Assembly (NCBI GenBank): GCA_030695905.1
Contig: JAUYOL010000043.1
Span: 194,561 to 258,560, forward strand
DNA from: Candidatus Omnitrophota bacterium
Lineage (GTDB): Bacteria; Omnitrophota; Gorgyraeia; 2-01-FULL-45-10
DNA length: 64,000 nucleotides
Direction of reading: 5' to 3'
The translations under genes were made by a program, and so were the position numbers. Of this stretch, positions 20,641-30,376 are shown one piece after another. The notes beneath the pieces are model-generated. The model saw only the letters and a program-made list of their open reading frames with translations, made no database searches and had not been told where the DNA came from. Every line of letters begins with the position of its first letter. The first letter of the stretch is position 1.

Positions 20641-21063
20641 CTATTGAATATTCTCTAACTCTCTATTCAGGTCTTTTAACTGCAGATTCATGAACTTCAA
20701 CAAAACTACTTTGTCCAGATATTCGAGACTAAGAGGCTTGGTTATATAATCGTTTGCGCCTAATTCCATGGCCTTCTTCATCACATCATCGTCCTTAACG
20801 CCTGTAACCATAATAATGACGACATCCTTATCAATCTCTCTTATCTTCTCAAGTGTTTCGATGCCGTCCATGCCCCTCATGTTTATATCCAGCAGGATAA
20901 TCCGGGGCTTTTCCTTTGCCACGATCTTCAGGGCCTCTTTGCCGTTTAACGCGTTGAATACCTCATAATTACGCGCGGTAAAGAACTCATAAAAAAATGA
21001 GTCGATACCCATCTGGTCATCGACAGTCAATATTTTACAAATCGGCTTTTTGGTTTCCTTCAT
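20641..21063 (-). CDS. single-domain response regulator (CheY-like receiver)
   Basis: 140 aa. Acidic pocket DD, phospho-acceptor Asp in ILLDINM, conserved T in MVTG and K in YITKP. No output domain. Confidence 0.85.
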   Translation of the reverse strand: MKETKKPICKILTVDDQMGIDSFFYEFFTARNYEVFNALNGKEALKIVAKEKPRIILLDINMRGMDGIETLEKIREIDKDVVIIMVTGVKDDDVMKKAMELGANDYITKPLSLEYLDKVVLLKFMNLQLKDLNRELENIQ

Positions 21064-21090
21064 AATGGTATGATTATACCATAAGAAAGA

Positions 21091-24000
21091 TTATGCTGCA
21101 GTAAGTAGTTCGAGCAAGCGCTTATTTAGTTTAGGTATGTCGTTGACAGGCGCTGAAGCGGCTTTGGGCAGGTCAAAGATAAGTCTGCGGGCAAATTCTT
21201 TCGGATCATCCGATATTGCATCGGGCGGATTGTCAAATGGCTTGCCTGCCATGACGGAGTATATTCTCAAAAGTGCGGGCAGGCCGTTATCTGAATGCAA
21301 TGCTCTCAAAGCCGCCACAATGCCTTCCAATTGTATAAAGTCTTCTCCTTTAAATATAAGCATCTTTATATCTTTGTCTTCGGGAACCAATGCGAGATGT
21401 TCCTCGATAGAGAGGGCTATATCAACCATTGCGTTTGTATTTTCGGCGCGAATCTTTTTTATTGCTTCACTAATGGATGTTCCGCTCTCCAATATCCATA
21501 CTTTTTCAGACACATTCTTATTATCTCTAAAAGCCTTATTAACGCGCGTAATAAAACTGCCTTGCTGCTGCTCCAGCGGTATTACACCCTGTTCTATGAT
21601 GTGCCATAATACTTTATTTTCGGAAATAGCAGGCTGTATCTGCATGTTTATTTCATGCAAAATTGCCGCCCTAACCAACGCCCTGGAGATCTTTGCCTCA
21701 CGCTTTGCCAATTCGCAAGTAACAACATTTAATAATGTCCTCGTATAATCTACATCCTCGCCGATCATCATATCGGTAAACCTGTAATAATCAGGCTTAT
21801 TTTCAATCGGTTCAAGCACTCCAAGCGCAACGAGTCTTTTGGCTTCGGATTTATCGAGCGGGATGCCGCCATTTCTATTTAGCGCCGCTTTCATTAATTT
21901 GTCGTTATCTCTTATCGCTTTCATTACTTTTATCGACCAGCCTCTAACACGATTATAGACTTCACCCGATTCGCCTTCGCTCATTCTGCCCATGCTGACC
22001 AATAGTTTCAAAAGATATCTACCCTTGGCAGAACGCTGCAGTTTACGCCGAGCGCTGTCTAACAACTGCTGAATCCGCCTGCAGCTCACCTTGTATTTTC
22101 TACTCAATTCTTCTTGCGTGCTTGGCTCATTGCCAAAAAGTCCATAATACCCAATAGTCACTTCGCGCTGTCTATCAGTAAGGATTGACATCGCTGACTT
22201 TACAGCATCTCTCATTACAGATTCCTCTTCAGCAGCGGATGAAGGCTCTTCCGATGCCTCCACTTCCATTAAATTCATATCTTTTCTATTTAGGGGCATT
22301 TCTGTCACACGCCTATCACGGATTTCTGCCACATCAAGATAGTGGCCTAACGCGAGGCTGGAACTTCTTATTTCTTCTAAATCTGAGAATTTGTTGTTCA
22401 AAGTCCACACAAAACCCGGATAGCGTTTCTCTATATACTGCCTGAAGGTGAATATGCCGTCTTTTGTTAACAATTCCTTTTCTTCCATATATATTCCATA
22501 AAGATACTGCAACCTTTTTACTATACGCGCCTCGGTCCAGAATGGCTTGCCTCGACTATAATGAGTCGTATCCCAATTTTCTTCAGTGGCCTCCCCAGTA
22601 TCAACCGGAGCCTCCCCGTATCCAACATCAGCAACTCTTGTCAGCACCTCTTCCGCTTTGGCCCGCTCTATATCACTAAGATCGCTCCCATCCGGTTTCC
22701 CGGGCGTAAGACCACCTAAAAATTCATCAAGCTCATTGGGTCTATCTTGTAACAATTCGAATGCCGCAAACAGATCCAGCGCTTCCATTGCTTTTGATTT
22801 CGCTTCTTTGTATCTGCCATCATTGAATGCTCTAACCGCTTCACTTATCAAATCATTTACATATCCACCCGTCCATCCGTAAAGACTGTTCCTTTCTATG
22901 GGTCTTCCCACCAGCGAACCTTCGCCGCGAAGAGCAACTTCGCGTATTTCGGGAGAATCATCTTCTACCCCGAGTTCTCTCAATTTCTCACATATTAATC
23001 GCGGCGTTGCGTTTATATGATCTATATCCCAAAACCCCTTTCGTACGGTCGGGATCCAATGCTTTGCCGCTGAAATCACAACAGCTGGCACTCCTCGTAA
23101 CAGGGCCAAATGAAAAATAGCTGTATCAATAGTGACAACCCCTTCTGCCTGAGAAACAAAATCCAGCACTTTTCCCCTGTCCTTGAATTTTTTTACAATT
23201 AATTTCGGTGAGCCATGGATCCTACTTCTCACGGCATTTTCTATTTTTTGTGTTTCCCGCGCTTCATAAGAACTGGTACCGCTATTAAGCGCGACAACAA
23301 AACCTTTATCGATTAACTCCAGGATGGCCCCCACCCAGAGCTTCCTAAGCTGCCCGGATAGCTCTGCGTTAGTCCAGGAATGAGGATTAACAAAGATAAG
23401 GCCTTTCTGGTAATCTTGCCTGGGATAAACGATATTTACATCAGCTGAATTTAGACCAGCCAGGGATATATTATTTCTGGTAACCGAATAAATATCGCGC
23501 CTGTCCGGCTTATTAGATAACAATATCTGGCTAAATCCGAAAATAGACAATCGACTCACTGCTTTGAATTTTAAATTTTTCCCAAAATCAATAAAAACAT
23601 CGAATCTCTTATTTTTTAGAAACTGCTCTGATTCTTCATGAGATACATACCTGACCCTTGGGTCCATATTTTTAATTAATTCCGGCGCATAGGTAATAAC
23701 GGATATTTCTTCTACATCCGGCCAGGTATTTAGTATCGACGCTATGGTTAAAGGCAGCGAAACAATAGCCGAACCCCACGGTGAAAAATATTCATGCACT
23801 ATGGCAACGGATCTGACGCTTTTTATACCAGAAATAAGTTCTTTACATTGCGAGTAACTGTTAAACCCATCTAAATCTAAGGTTGTCGTCTTAACATTTT
23901 CATTGATAGTCTGTTCCTTTGGCGAATCCTTAACCGGCGGTGCGATACTCGGATTCGATTCGAGATGTCTGCGCGCGACATCCTGCACTTCCCCTGTCGT

Positions 24001-27000
24001 AGCATGGGCTTTTAATCTTGAAAGTTCTTCAGAAATTTCTGCTATTTGTGCACCATCCATATTATCAGCAGCATGATAATTATCGCCTTCTTGAACAATA
24101 AGACCGGCGCTGACAAGCTTACTTAAATCTTTTCGTGCCGTTGATACGGCGATTTGTCTCTTTCCGCCATTAGTTTCTATCATGACATCACCGCACAATC
24201 TATCGAACGGCACCCATCCTCTTTGGTAGTTATTTGTAAGCAGATCGAAGAACGTTGCGACATGTTCTGGAGCATGCGATGGCTTTACTGCTTCTTTAGC
24301 AGCCATCATTGCCCCCACAGCCTTCTTCAAGTTGATAAATTCACAACCCTTCGGCCCGACATGAATACTGAGTCCATATTTAAGCAAATCTTCTGCTCTT
24401 ATTATCCGCTTTTCAACAGGAATCCACTCTAAACCTTGTTCATCAAGTCTAAAACCTTCTTTTACATAATATGTGTTTCCCATATCAGCAGGTTCAACCT
24501 GTGAGTTAACTATCCTTTTCATATCAAATGTCGTCCACCCGTCCTCGAACGTAACATTAAGCGCGCCGATCACCATATCGTTGTCTCCGAAGCGCGCAAG
24601 TCCTATGGCATGCTCGGGCCTGTCTGTTTCAAGATAGTGATATGCTCCGTCGCTGAAGTTCGCATATAAAGCAGGGAGTGAGAATAGTTTTTTTCGGACA
24701 TCCCTTTTAGCAGGATCCGCATCCTCCATACGTGGGACGGGCGATGACTTCTCCTGAGCATTTCGATACTTGTGCTGGCTTCCATATATCTCTCCATTAA
24801 ATATTAAATTGAACCCAGGCATAAATGTATACATAAAATACAGCAGATTTCTATCCTGATAACTTAACATGGACCATGGGTCGCCGAAATCAAAGGCATC
24901 GTGTTCGGGCCCAAGATAGATAAAATTATCACGTATATCGGCAGGCATTGTCTCCGTGCTGCGCAAATACGAAATTAGTGCCTGGAGCCTGGAGGGGTCC
25001 AGTGGATCCATCAGGGCCTCTGTAGCATAATTCCTGCATTCCCATCCATAGAACGAAGCATCTCTTCCTTTTGCAACCGCCAGGAGATCTCTATATCTTT
25101 CAAATCCTTCAAACATAAAGAAAGCATAAGGATTTGTTTTACGGACTGCTTCAACAAATTGGGAAGAAAGATTATTGCTGACTTCTATATGCCAGTTATC
25201 TTTTATCCTGTCCGGGAACGTTGCAAGCGCGGTACCTACCCGCATTCCGTCCACACCTTTGCTAAGCCAAAACCTTCCTGTCTCTATCGCATCCCTGACA
25301 ACATCCGGATGCGAAAGATCCGGCTGGGCCAATGAACACCACCTACGGGGATAATCTGTTTTGAGGCTTACGAGGTCGGTCGCAGAAACTAAAAAAAGCG
25401 CTGACTCATCAGGGATGATTATGGCTGGGGCAACATAGCTCGCCCCCATCAGACCTTTTCGTATCTCATCGTCAGGCCGACGGTATGGTATTTCCCTGCC
25501 GTCCACATTTATCATTCCCTCGTGCTTCAATTCACGTGGGTCCATGTTTTTTAATTTGGCTGAAATCTTTTCACCTAATTCTATTTTTCGGCGAAGTTCA
25601 TTTGGCTGTATCGTTTGCCCGCGGAACAGCTTCGGATCCCTATCCAGCCCATAATTTCCATCACTGACATTGGTGTATAAATATCTTTCTGGATAGGACT
25701 TGCATAAAGGGCTGGACTTGGCGACATGCTGATTCGCTATCCAATCAACAATCACCATAAGCCCGACACTGTGCGCTTTTTTAATAAAATCTTCCAATTC
25801 TTTAAAAGAACCTGCCCGTTTATCTATATTTTTAGGATCGATAATTTCAAAAGGGCTGCCTGTATTTTCAATAAGCCCCAGCAGATACATGTATTTAACG
25901 CCAGAGTCCGCCAGGAATGATAATTCCTTGACTGCGGATTTCAAACCGGACATGCCTGTTGTTACATCATAATAGTCGCGAAGCACCATTTCATATATGG
26001 TCTTTGTATTTCTTTTCTTTCTTATTGCGGGCAGGTAGACGTCATGCGCATATCGCCTCTCCATCGCAACTGCGGTAACAAGCTCATTGGCCCTTAAATA
26101 TGAATTTCGCATCAGATGCTTCCACTTGCTTTTGCCCTCTTCATAAAAAAGCCTTGAAGATATCTCACACTTCGCAAATATATCCGCAGGGGCTTCGTGA
26201 TAAAATTTTTCGTTATCTGCCGCAAAACCGTCATCTGTTTCTTTTGTATAAGAACCAATAAAGAAACCGCTTCCCCCACCTGTCGTCTCATCGTAATCAA
26301 CTATCCATTCGACCGGGCCAGCGCCTTTAATGGCTATATTCACTCCGCCGTTTTCACCCGCACGTCCATCGGAAGTACCCGCAGCTTCTTCGAGAGGCCG
26401 GGGATTGGTTATACATAGATCGCAACCTATTGCCTGCATCTTAAGAAGCTTCGCGTCAGAGTTGGGCACATAGACAAATCTCCCATTGAATTCCGGTATA
26501 TCATTTGCCCAGTGCCGAAATTCCTGAACCCAGAATGGCATATATTCAGGACCGCCTACAACTAATTGCATGCCCAATCCATATACTTTTTTACGCCGGC
26601 CATTATCAAATATCTTGCTAAGATTGGATTCCACGATCCCTTTATTGTAGGATTGCGCTAAATCCGGTATGTCTCGGAACCACAGCGTTTTCAATTCGTC
26701 CATTGTGAAAGATTTATCTTTATCCGCGGTGAGAATATGGACCAAAAATCTTAGCATGGGATACTGACTTTTATAATCCACCAGTCTTCTCACTTCCCAC
26801 CCGGTAAGTTTATTTGGATCGAGCTTAACACCGGTCCTAATCTCGATCTCTGCAAAGGCTTCTTTTTTGCCATTTTCATGGATCTGCCACAGGTCTTCCT
26901 CACTGGGAACACCCTTCTTATCTTCAAATGCTTTCAGCTCGTCTGACTTCCATGTTTCGCCCGAACCATTCAGGACACCTACCACCGGCTTATCAAATTC

Positions 27001-28587
27001 GCTTCCGTACAGGTTCCTGAATAGCCTTTCGGTTGCTTTTGCATGCTCGTTGCTGACCGCATTTATAACATCGGCTAACTTCATCGCAGCATAACAGAAG
27101 TCAACAACGCCATTCGGCCTCAAAAATGCCGATCTTAGCTGAGCTGCTTTCTTTTTGGGCAGACCTATTACATACATCATCCGGTCCGCATTACTCTTGA
27201 CCGAAGCGGGCGAAAATGTCTCAAGGCCCGCCGGAACCAGCGTATGATTGGTATATACAATGGCGGTATTATTATATGATTCGTCTGCCCTCATCTGCGC
27301 CGCTGCTACAACTGTATGAGCTTCGTTAAGATGCAATATATCCGGTTTGATATGCATTTTTTTCATAAATGCATACACCGCCTTGCCGAATACTATCTCC
27401 TGGGTGAACCGGTGGGCCCTGTCATCTGGATACAATTCATCAAAAACCTTTGACATGAAAATGTAATCTGTTGCACCGCCCCTGCTTAACTTGTATACTT
27501 CTACCATAACTTTTGGATTATAGCGGTCCTCTTCGTCCTCTGTCCTGGCTTCAGGGTCTTCATCCCACGCACGGACCATGATTGCATCACCATTCACAGA
27601 AACCTTTTCCAGTATCCCTCTTTTTATCAGCTCCTCATAACTTACTTTTACCTTTTTACCATCCTTCCTTAGATGAGAGTAGCCTATCTGCGCGCCGAGA
27701 GCATTTATGCCTATTGCGGCCATGCCTTCGAGCTTGTCCCCGAAATATGCGCCAAGCCCGCCCTTAGTATTAGCATTCTGCGCTTCGTATCCTGCAAATT
27801 CCGGGATATTACCTTCCAGAGAAAGGGATAACACCGTCTTACCTTTTAACTCCGGAATATTTTGCGCTATCCAATTTTCTGTAAATTTACCTCCATTGCT
27901 CGCCGCAATATTAATATCATTATCATCTCTGTCTAATCCGTGTTCACTGTATAGTACATAGATATTGTCCAGATCTATAGAGCCTTTTACACTCTCGTAT
28001 ATCTTTTTGACTCGGGGGGTCGCTTCCCTGTCAACTTGGGCCGCAAACTTTCTCGCTTCGTCATGAGTGGCAGGATCTAAAATCCACCCCCTCATCTCGG
28101 CATATGTCTTCCCAAGCTCGAGGCGCTTGCTTTCCCATCTTGTTATTTTGTTCTTTTCATGGTTTCTTAGGGTGGCATTATTAAAATATCTTTTATCTAT
28201 ATAAATAATGGGCACGCCTGCCTGACGGCCCAATCCTATATGGGCGAGCTGGCCCGTATCTTTTGCCAAATTCTTAATAGCGACTAAAATGATTTTTTGA
28301 GTTTTATCAAGAACTCTTATGGTCTCGGCATCATCAACATCTTCCGGCTGGACCAATTTAAGCTGTGGGATTCCACCGGGCGGAAGCTTGGACTTGATAT
28401 TATTATTGAGGGCAGCATGGGATAGTTTTGTATATCCTGCTATATACTCGTCAGAGAATTGCTTCTGAGTTATTCGAAGCTGTGGGGCGAGTGCGAATGC
28501 TATATCATTACAAAAAAATAGACATACTATTGCCATTGTGATTACTCTTAGCAGCAATATATGCCTTACTTTGTATTGGATTAACAT
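21091..28587 (-). CDS. giant 2498-aa multidomain protein: N-terminal signal/anchor, GT35 alpha-glucan-phosphorylase-like, GH13 alpha-amylase-family-like, GT9 heptosyltransferase-like and sigma-70 region-4-like HTH modules
   Basis: One uninterrupted 7497-nt ORF. Ordered by-eye motif matches: KGGLGAYFGDKLEGMAAIG, HLNEAHT, YTNHTLVPAGLE and EEAAGTSDGRAGENGG (GT35); GVKYMYLLGL...AHSVGLMVIVDWIANQH, GVDGMRVGTA and GPEHD (GH13 regions I, II, IV); VVTIDTAIFHLALLRGVPAVVIS (GT9 C-terminal motif); LTDRQREVTIGYYGLFGNEPSTQEELSRKYKVSCRRIQQLLDSARRKLQ (sigma-70 region 4). Confidence 0.85.
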   Translation of the reverse strand: MLIQYKVRHILLLRVITMAIVCLFFCNDIAFALAPQLRITQKQFSDEYIAGYTKLSHAALNNNIKSKLPPGGIPQLKLVQPEDVDDAETIRVLDKTQKIILVAIKNLAKDTGQLAHIGLGRQAGVPIIYIDKRYFNNATLRNHEKNKITRWESKRLELGKTYAEMRGWILDPATHDEARKFAAQVDREATPRVKKIYESVKGSIDLDNIYVLYSEHGLDRDDNDINIAASNGGKFTENWIAQNIPELKGKTVLSLSLEGNIPEFAGYEAQNANTKGGLGAYFGDKLEGMAAIGINALGAQIGYSHLRKDGKKVKVSYEELIKRGILEKVSVNGDAIMVRAWDEDPEARTEDEEDRYNPKVMVEVYKLSRGGATDYIFMSKVFDELYPDDRAHRFTQEIVFGKAVYAFMKKMHIKPDILHLNEAHTVVAAAQMRADESYNNTAIVYTNHTLVPAGLETFSPASVKSNADRMMYVIGLPKKKAAQLRSAFLRPNGVVDFCYAAMKLADVINAVSNEHAKATERLFRNLYGSEFDKPVVGVLNGSGETWKSDELKAFEDKKGVPSEEDLWQIHENGKKEAFAEIEIRTGVKLDPNKLTGWEVRRLVDYKSQYPMLRFLVHILTADKDKSFTMDELKTLWFRDIPDLAQSYNKGIVESNLSKIFDNGRRKKVYGLGMQLVVGGPEYMPFWVQEFRHWANDIPEFNGRFVYVPNSDAKLLKMQAIGCDLCITNPRPLEEAAGTSDGRAGENGGVNIAIKGAGPVEWIVDYDETTGGGSGFFIGSYTKETDDGFAADNEKFYHEAPADIFAKCEISSRLFYEEGKSKWKHLMRNSYLRANELVTAVAMERRYAHDVYLPAIRKKRNTKTIYEMVLRDYYDVTTGMSGLKSAVKELSFLADSGVKYMYLLGLIENTGSPFEIIDPKNIDKRAGSFKELEDFIKKAHSVGLMVIVDWIANQHVAKSSPLCKSYPERYLYTNVSDGNYGLDRDPKLFRGQTIQPNELRRKIELGEKISAKLKNMDPRELKHEGMINVDGREIPYRRPDDEIRKGLMGASYVAPAIIIPDESALFLVSATDLVSLKTDYPRRWCSLAQPDLSHPDVVRDAIETGRFWLSKGVDGMRVGTALATFPDRIKDNWHIEVSNNLSSQFVEAVRKTNPYAFFMFEGFERYRDLLAVAKGRDASFYGWECRNYATEALMDPLDPSRLQALISYLRSTETMPADIRDNFIYLGPEHDAFDFGDPWSMLSYQDRNLLYFMYTFMPGFNLIFNGEIYGSQHKYRNAQEKSSPVPRMEDADPAKRDVRKKLFSLPALYANFSDGAYHYLETDRPEHAIGLARFGDNDMVIGALNVTFEDGWTTFDMKRIVNSQVEPADMGNTYYVKEGFRLDEQGLEWIPVEKRIIRAEDLLKYGLSIHVGPKGCEFINLKKAVGAMMAAKEAVKPSHAPEHVATFFDLLTNNYQRGWVPFDRLCGDVMIETNGGKRQIAVSTARKDLSKLVSAGLIVQEGDNYHAADNMDGAQIAEISEELSRLKAHATTGEVQDVARRHLESNPSIAPPVKDSPKEQTINENVKTTTLDLDGFNSYSQCKELISGIKSVRSVAIVHEYFSPWGSAIVSLPLTIASILNTWPDVEEISVITYAPELIKNMDPRVRYVSHEESEQFLKNKRFDVFIDFGKNLKFKAVSRLSIFGFSQILLSNKPDRRDIYSVTRNNISLAGLNSADVNIVYPRQDYQKGLIFVNPHSWTNAELSGQLRKLWVGAILELIDKGFVVALNSGTSSYEARETQKIENAVRSRIHGSPKLIVKKFKDRGKVLDFVSQAEGVVTIDTAIFHLALLRGVPAVVISAAKHWIPTVRKGFWDIDHINATPRLICEKLRELGVEDDSPEIREVALRGEGSLVGRPIERNSLYGWTGGYVNDLISEAVRAFNDGRYKEAKSKAMEALDLFAAFELLQDRPNELDEFLGGLTPGKPDGSDLSDIERAKAEEVLTRVADVGYGEAPVDTGEATEENWDTTHYSRGKPFWTEARIVKRLQYLYGIYMEEKELLTKDGIFTFRQYIEKRYPGFVWTLNNKFSDLEEIRSSSLALGHYLDVAEIRDRRVTEMPLNRKDMNLMEVEASEEPSSAAEEESVMRDAVKSAMSILTDRQREVTIGYYGLFGNEPSTQEELSRKYKVSCRRIQQLLDSARRKLQRSAKGRYLLKLLVSMGRMSEGESGEVYNRVRGWSIKVMKAIRDNDKLMKAALNRNGGIPLDKSEAKRLVALGVLEPIENKPDYYRFTDMMIGEDVDYTRTLLNVVTCELAKREAKISRALVRAAILHEINMQIQPAISENKVLWHIIEQGVIPLEQQQGSFITRVNKAFRDNKNVSEKVWILESGTSISEAIKKIRAENTNAMVDIALSIEEHLALVPEDKDIKMLIFKGEDFIQLEGIVAALRALHSDNGLPALLRIYSVMAGKPFDNPPDAISDDPKEFARRLIFDLPKAASAPVNDIPKLNKRLLELLTAA

Positions 28588-28644
28588 ATTTTACTTAAAT
28601 ATACCACTAAATCATAATAATACAAGGAAAGATAACCAAGTATT

Positions 28645-29259
28645 TTATTTTTTAACAGGTCTGAAGCTACGACGATGGATTGCGGATGGGCCATATTTTT
28701 CTAAAGCGGCCATATGAAATTTCGTACCATATCCTTTGTGCCTTGCGAACCCATATTGAGGATAAATACTATCATACTCCAGCATAATCCTATCCCTAGT
28801 CACCTTTGCTATTATCGATGCCGCGGCAATGGATAGGCTCTTTGAGTCTCCTCCCACTATACACTTAAGCGGGCACTTGGTATATATATTCATCTTACCA
28901 TCTACTATAACATATTCGGGTGGGACTTCAAGGCTGGATATGGCCATCTTCATGGCTCTTTTTGTGGCCTGATATATATTGATCTTATCTATTGTCTTCT
29001 CGTCAACTATACCAACGCCTACTATGGCCTTCTCTATTATCTCGTCGTACGCCATCTCTCTTCTTTTGGCGGATAATTTCTTAGAATCGTCTATTATTTC
29101 TCCAAAAACAAAAGTTTTCAGAATAACAGCCGCCGCAACAACAGGGCCCGCCAAGGGCCCCCTGCCCGCTTCATCTACACCTGCGATAAAACGATATCCG
29201 CAGTTATTTAGGCTCCTCTCGTGAACCAGCAGGGCCTTCGCGTTCGATCTTTTCTTCAA
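28645..29259 (-). CDS. rnhB: ribonuclease HII
   Basis: 204 aa. [21 protein letters not shown] catalytic motif. Its N-terminal 22-aa extension overlaps the rplS 3' end. Confidence 0.9.
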   Translation of the reverse strand: MKKRSNAKALLVHERSLNNCGYRFIAGVDEAGRGPLAGPVVAAAVILKTFVFGEIIDDSKKLSAKRREMAYDEIIEKAIVGVGIVDEKTIDKINIYQATKRAMKMAISSLEVPPEYVIVDGKMNIYTKCPLKCIVGGDSKSLSIAAASIIAKVTRDRIMLEYDSIYPQYGFARHKGYGTKFHMAALEKYGPSAIHRRSFRPVKK

Positions 29260-29608
29260 CTTTCGTCTCTTTGCCTATCTTTCTCTTAAGATAATAAAGT
29301 TTCGCTCTCTTCACGTCGCCCTTCTTCACTACTACTATCTTTTCAATCGAAGGCGTATGAAGCGGGAATACTCTCTCCACTCCCTCGCCGTAAGAGATCT
29401 TTCGCACGGTAAACGTTTCGCCTATCCCCGAGCCCTTCTTCGCTATAACTATACCTTCGAAAGTCTGGGCCCTGGCCTTTCCTTCTTCTATTATCTTAAC
29501 GAGAACATCGATGGTGTCTCCGACATTAAACTGCGGCAGATCCTTCCTTAAGCCTACAGCCTCAACCAACTTCAGATACTTATTCATCTTATCTTCCTTT
29601 CCTTTCAT
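29204..29608 (-). CDS. rplS: 50S ribosomal protein L19
   Basis: 134 aa. [28 protein letters not shown] is typical of L19. Has a C-terminal charged extension. Confidence 0.9.
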   Translation of the reverse strand: MKGKEDKMNKYLKLVEAVGLRKDLPQFNVGDTIDVLVKIIEEGKARAQTFEGIVIAKKGSGIGETFTVRKISYGEGVERVFPLHTPSIEKIVVVKKGDVKRAKLYYLKRKIGKETKVEEKIEREGPAGSREEPK

Positions 29609-29639
29609 TCTTCGCTTCGCCCAGAATGGAACTCTATAT

Positions 29640-30323
29640 TTAAGCGAGCGGTTTCTTAATCAAATCCGGCCTTCTAACCTTTGTCCTTGCGAGCGCCTGG
29701 TCGCTGCGCCAACTCTCTATTTTTTTGTGGTCCCCGTTTAACAATACTTCCGGGACCTTCATTCCTCTGAATTCCGCGGGTCTTGTATACTGCGGATATT
29801 CCAATAAATTATTTTCAAATGACTCCGCTATAGTAGATTCGCTATGGCCCAAAACACCGGGTACCAGCCTCACAACAGAATCAACCAAAGCAAGCGCGGG
29901 AATCTCCCCGCAAGTAAGAATATAATCGCCTATAGAAATCTCTTCGTCGGCAAGCTCTCTTATTCTCTCATCGACGCCTTCATAGTGACCACAGATCAAA
30001 ACGAGCTGCTTATCCCTGGCCAGTCTCTTCGCAATCTTTTGATCAAGCTTCTTTCCCTGCGGCGTCAGGAGTATTACTTTTGCAACTTTTTTCTTTGACA
30101 CCAGCTCATCTACCGCCCGCCACACCGGCTCTACCTTCATTACCATGCCGGGCCCGCCGCCGAAAGGCTTATCATCAGCCGTCCTGTGAGAGTCGCTCGT
30201 CCAGTCCCTTAAATTATGAACCCTTATCCTGACGAGGCCTTTTTTCTGGGCTATCTTAAGCATCGACTCCCCTAAAATGTTTTCAAACATTTTAGGAAAG
30301 AGCGTAAGTATGTCGATTTTCAT
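29640..30323 (-). CDS. trmD: tRNA (guanine37-N1)-methyltransferase
   Basis: 227 aa. SPOUT fold motifs (ILTLFPKMF and [10 protein letters not shown]). Confidence 0.9.
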   Translation of the reverse strand: MKIDILTLFPKMFENILGESMLKIAQKKGLVRIRVHNLRDWTSDSHRTADDKPFGGGPGMVMKVEPVWRAVDELVSKKKVAKVILLTPQGKKLDQKIAKRLARDKQLVLICGHYEGVDERIRELADEEISIGDYILTCGEIPALALVDSVVRLVPGVLGHSESTIAESFENNLLEYPQYTRPAEFRGMKVPEVLLNGDHKKIESWRSDQALARTKVRRPDLIKKPLA

Positions 30324-30356
30324 ATTTTCAGCTTTAGGCTTTAAGCTTAAAACTTG

Positions 30357-30376
30357 AAGCTTACGGCTTATAACTT
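30357..30376. repeat. copy 1 of a 20-nt imperfect palindrome, AAGCTTACGGCTTATAACTT (consensus AAGCTTACGRCYTAYARCTT), in the rpsP-trmD spacer
   Basis: Seen directly. Related copies at 37148..37167 and 59185..59204. Confidence 0.5.

Noticed and set aside
22002-22215. Calling the giant ORF a sigma factor
   Set aside because: Only a region-4-like HTH is present. No region 2 (-10 recognition or core binding) was found anywhere in 2498 aa
28588-28644. Possible promoter and leaderless start for the giant gene (ttgtat-16-tatatt ending 8 nt before the ATG), or an alternative start at Met18 (28536, with an aagag SD)
   Set aside because: The signals are weak or non-consensus and I cannot discriminate between the alternatives from sequence alone. 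It is mentioned only as start-site uncertainty
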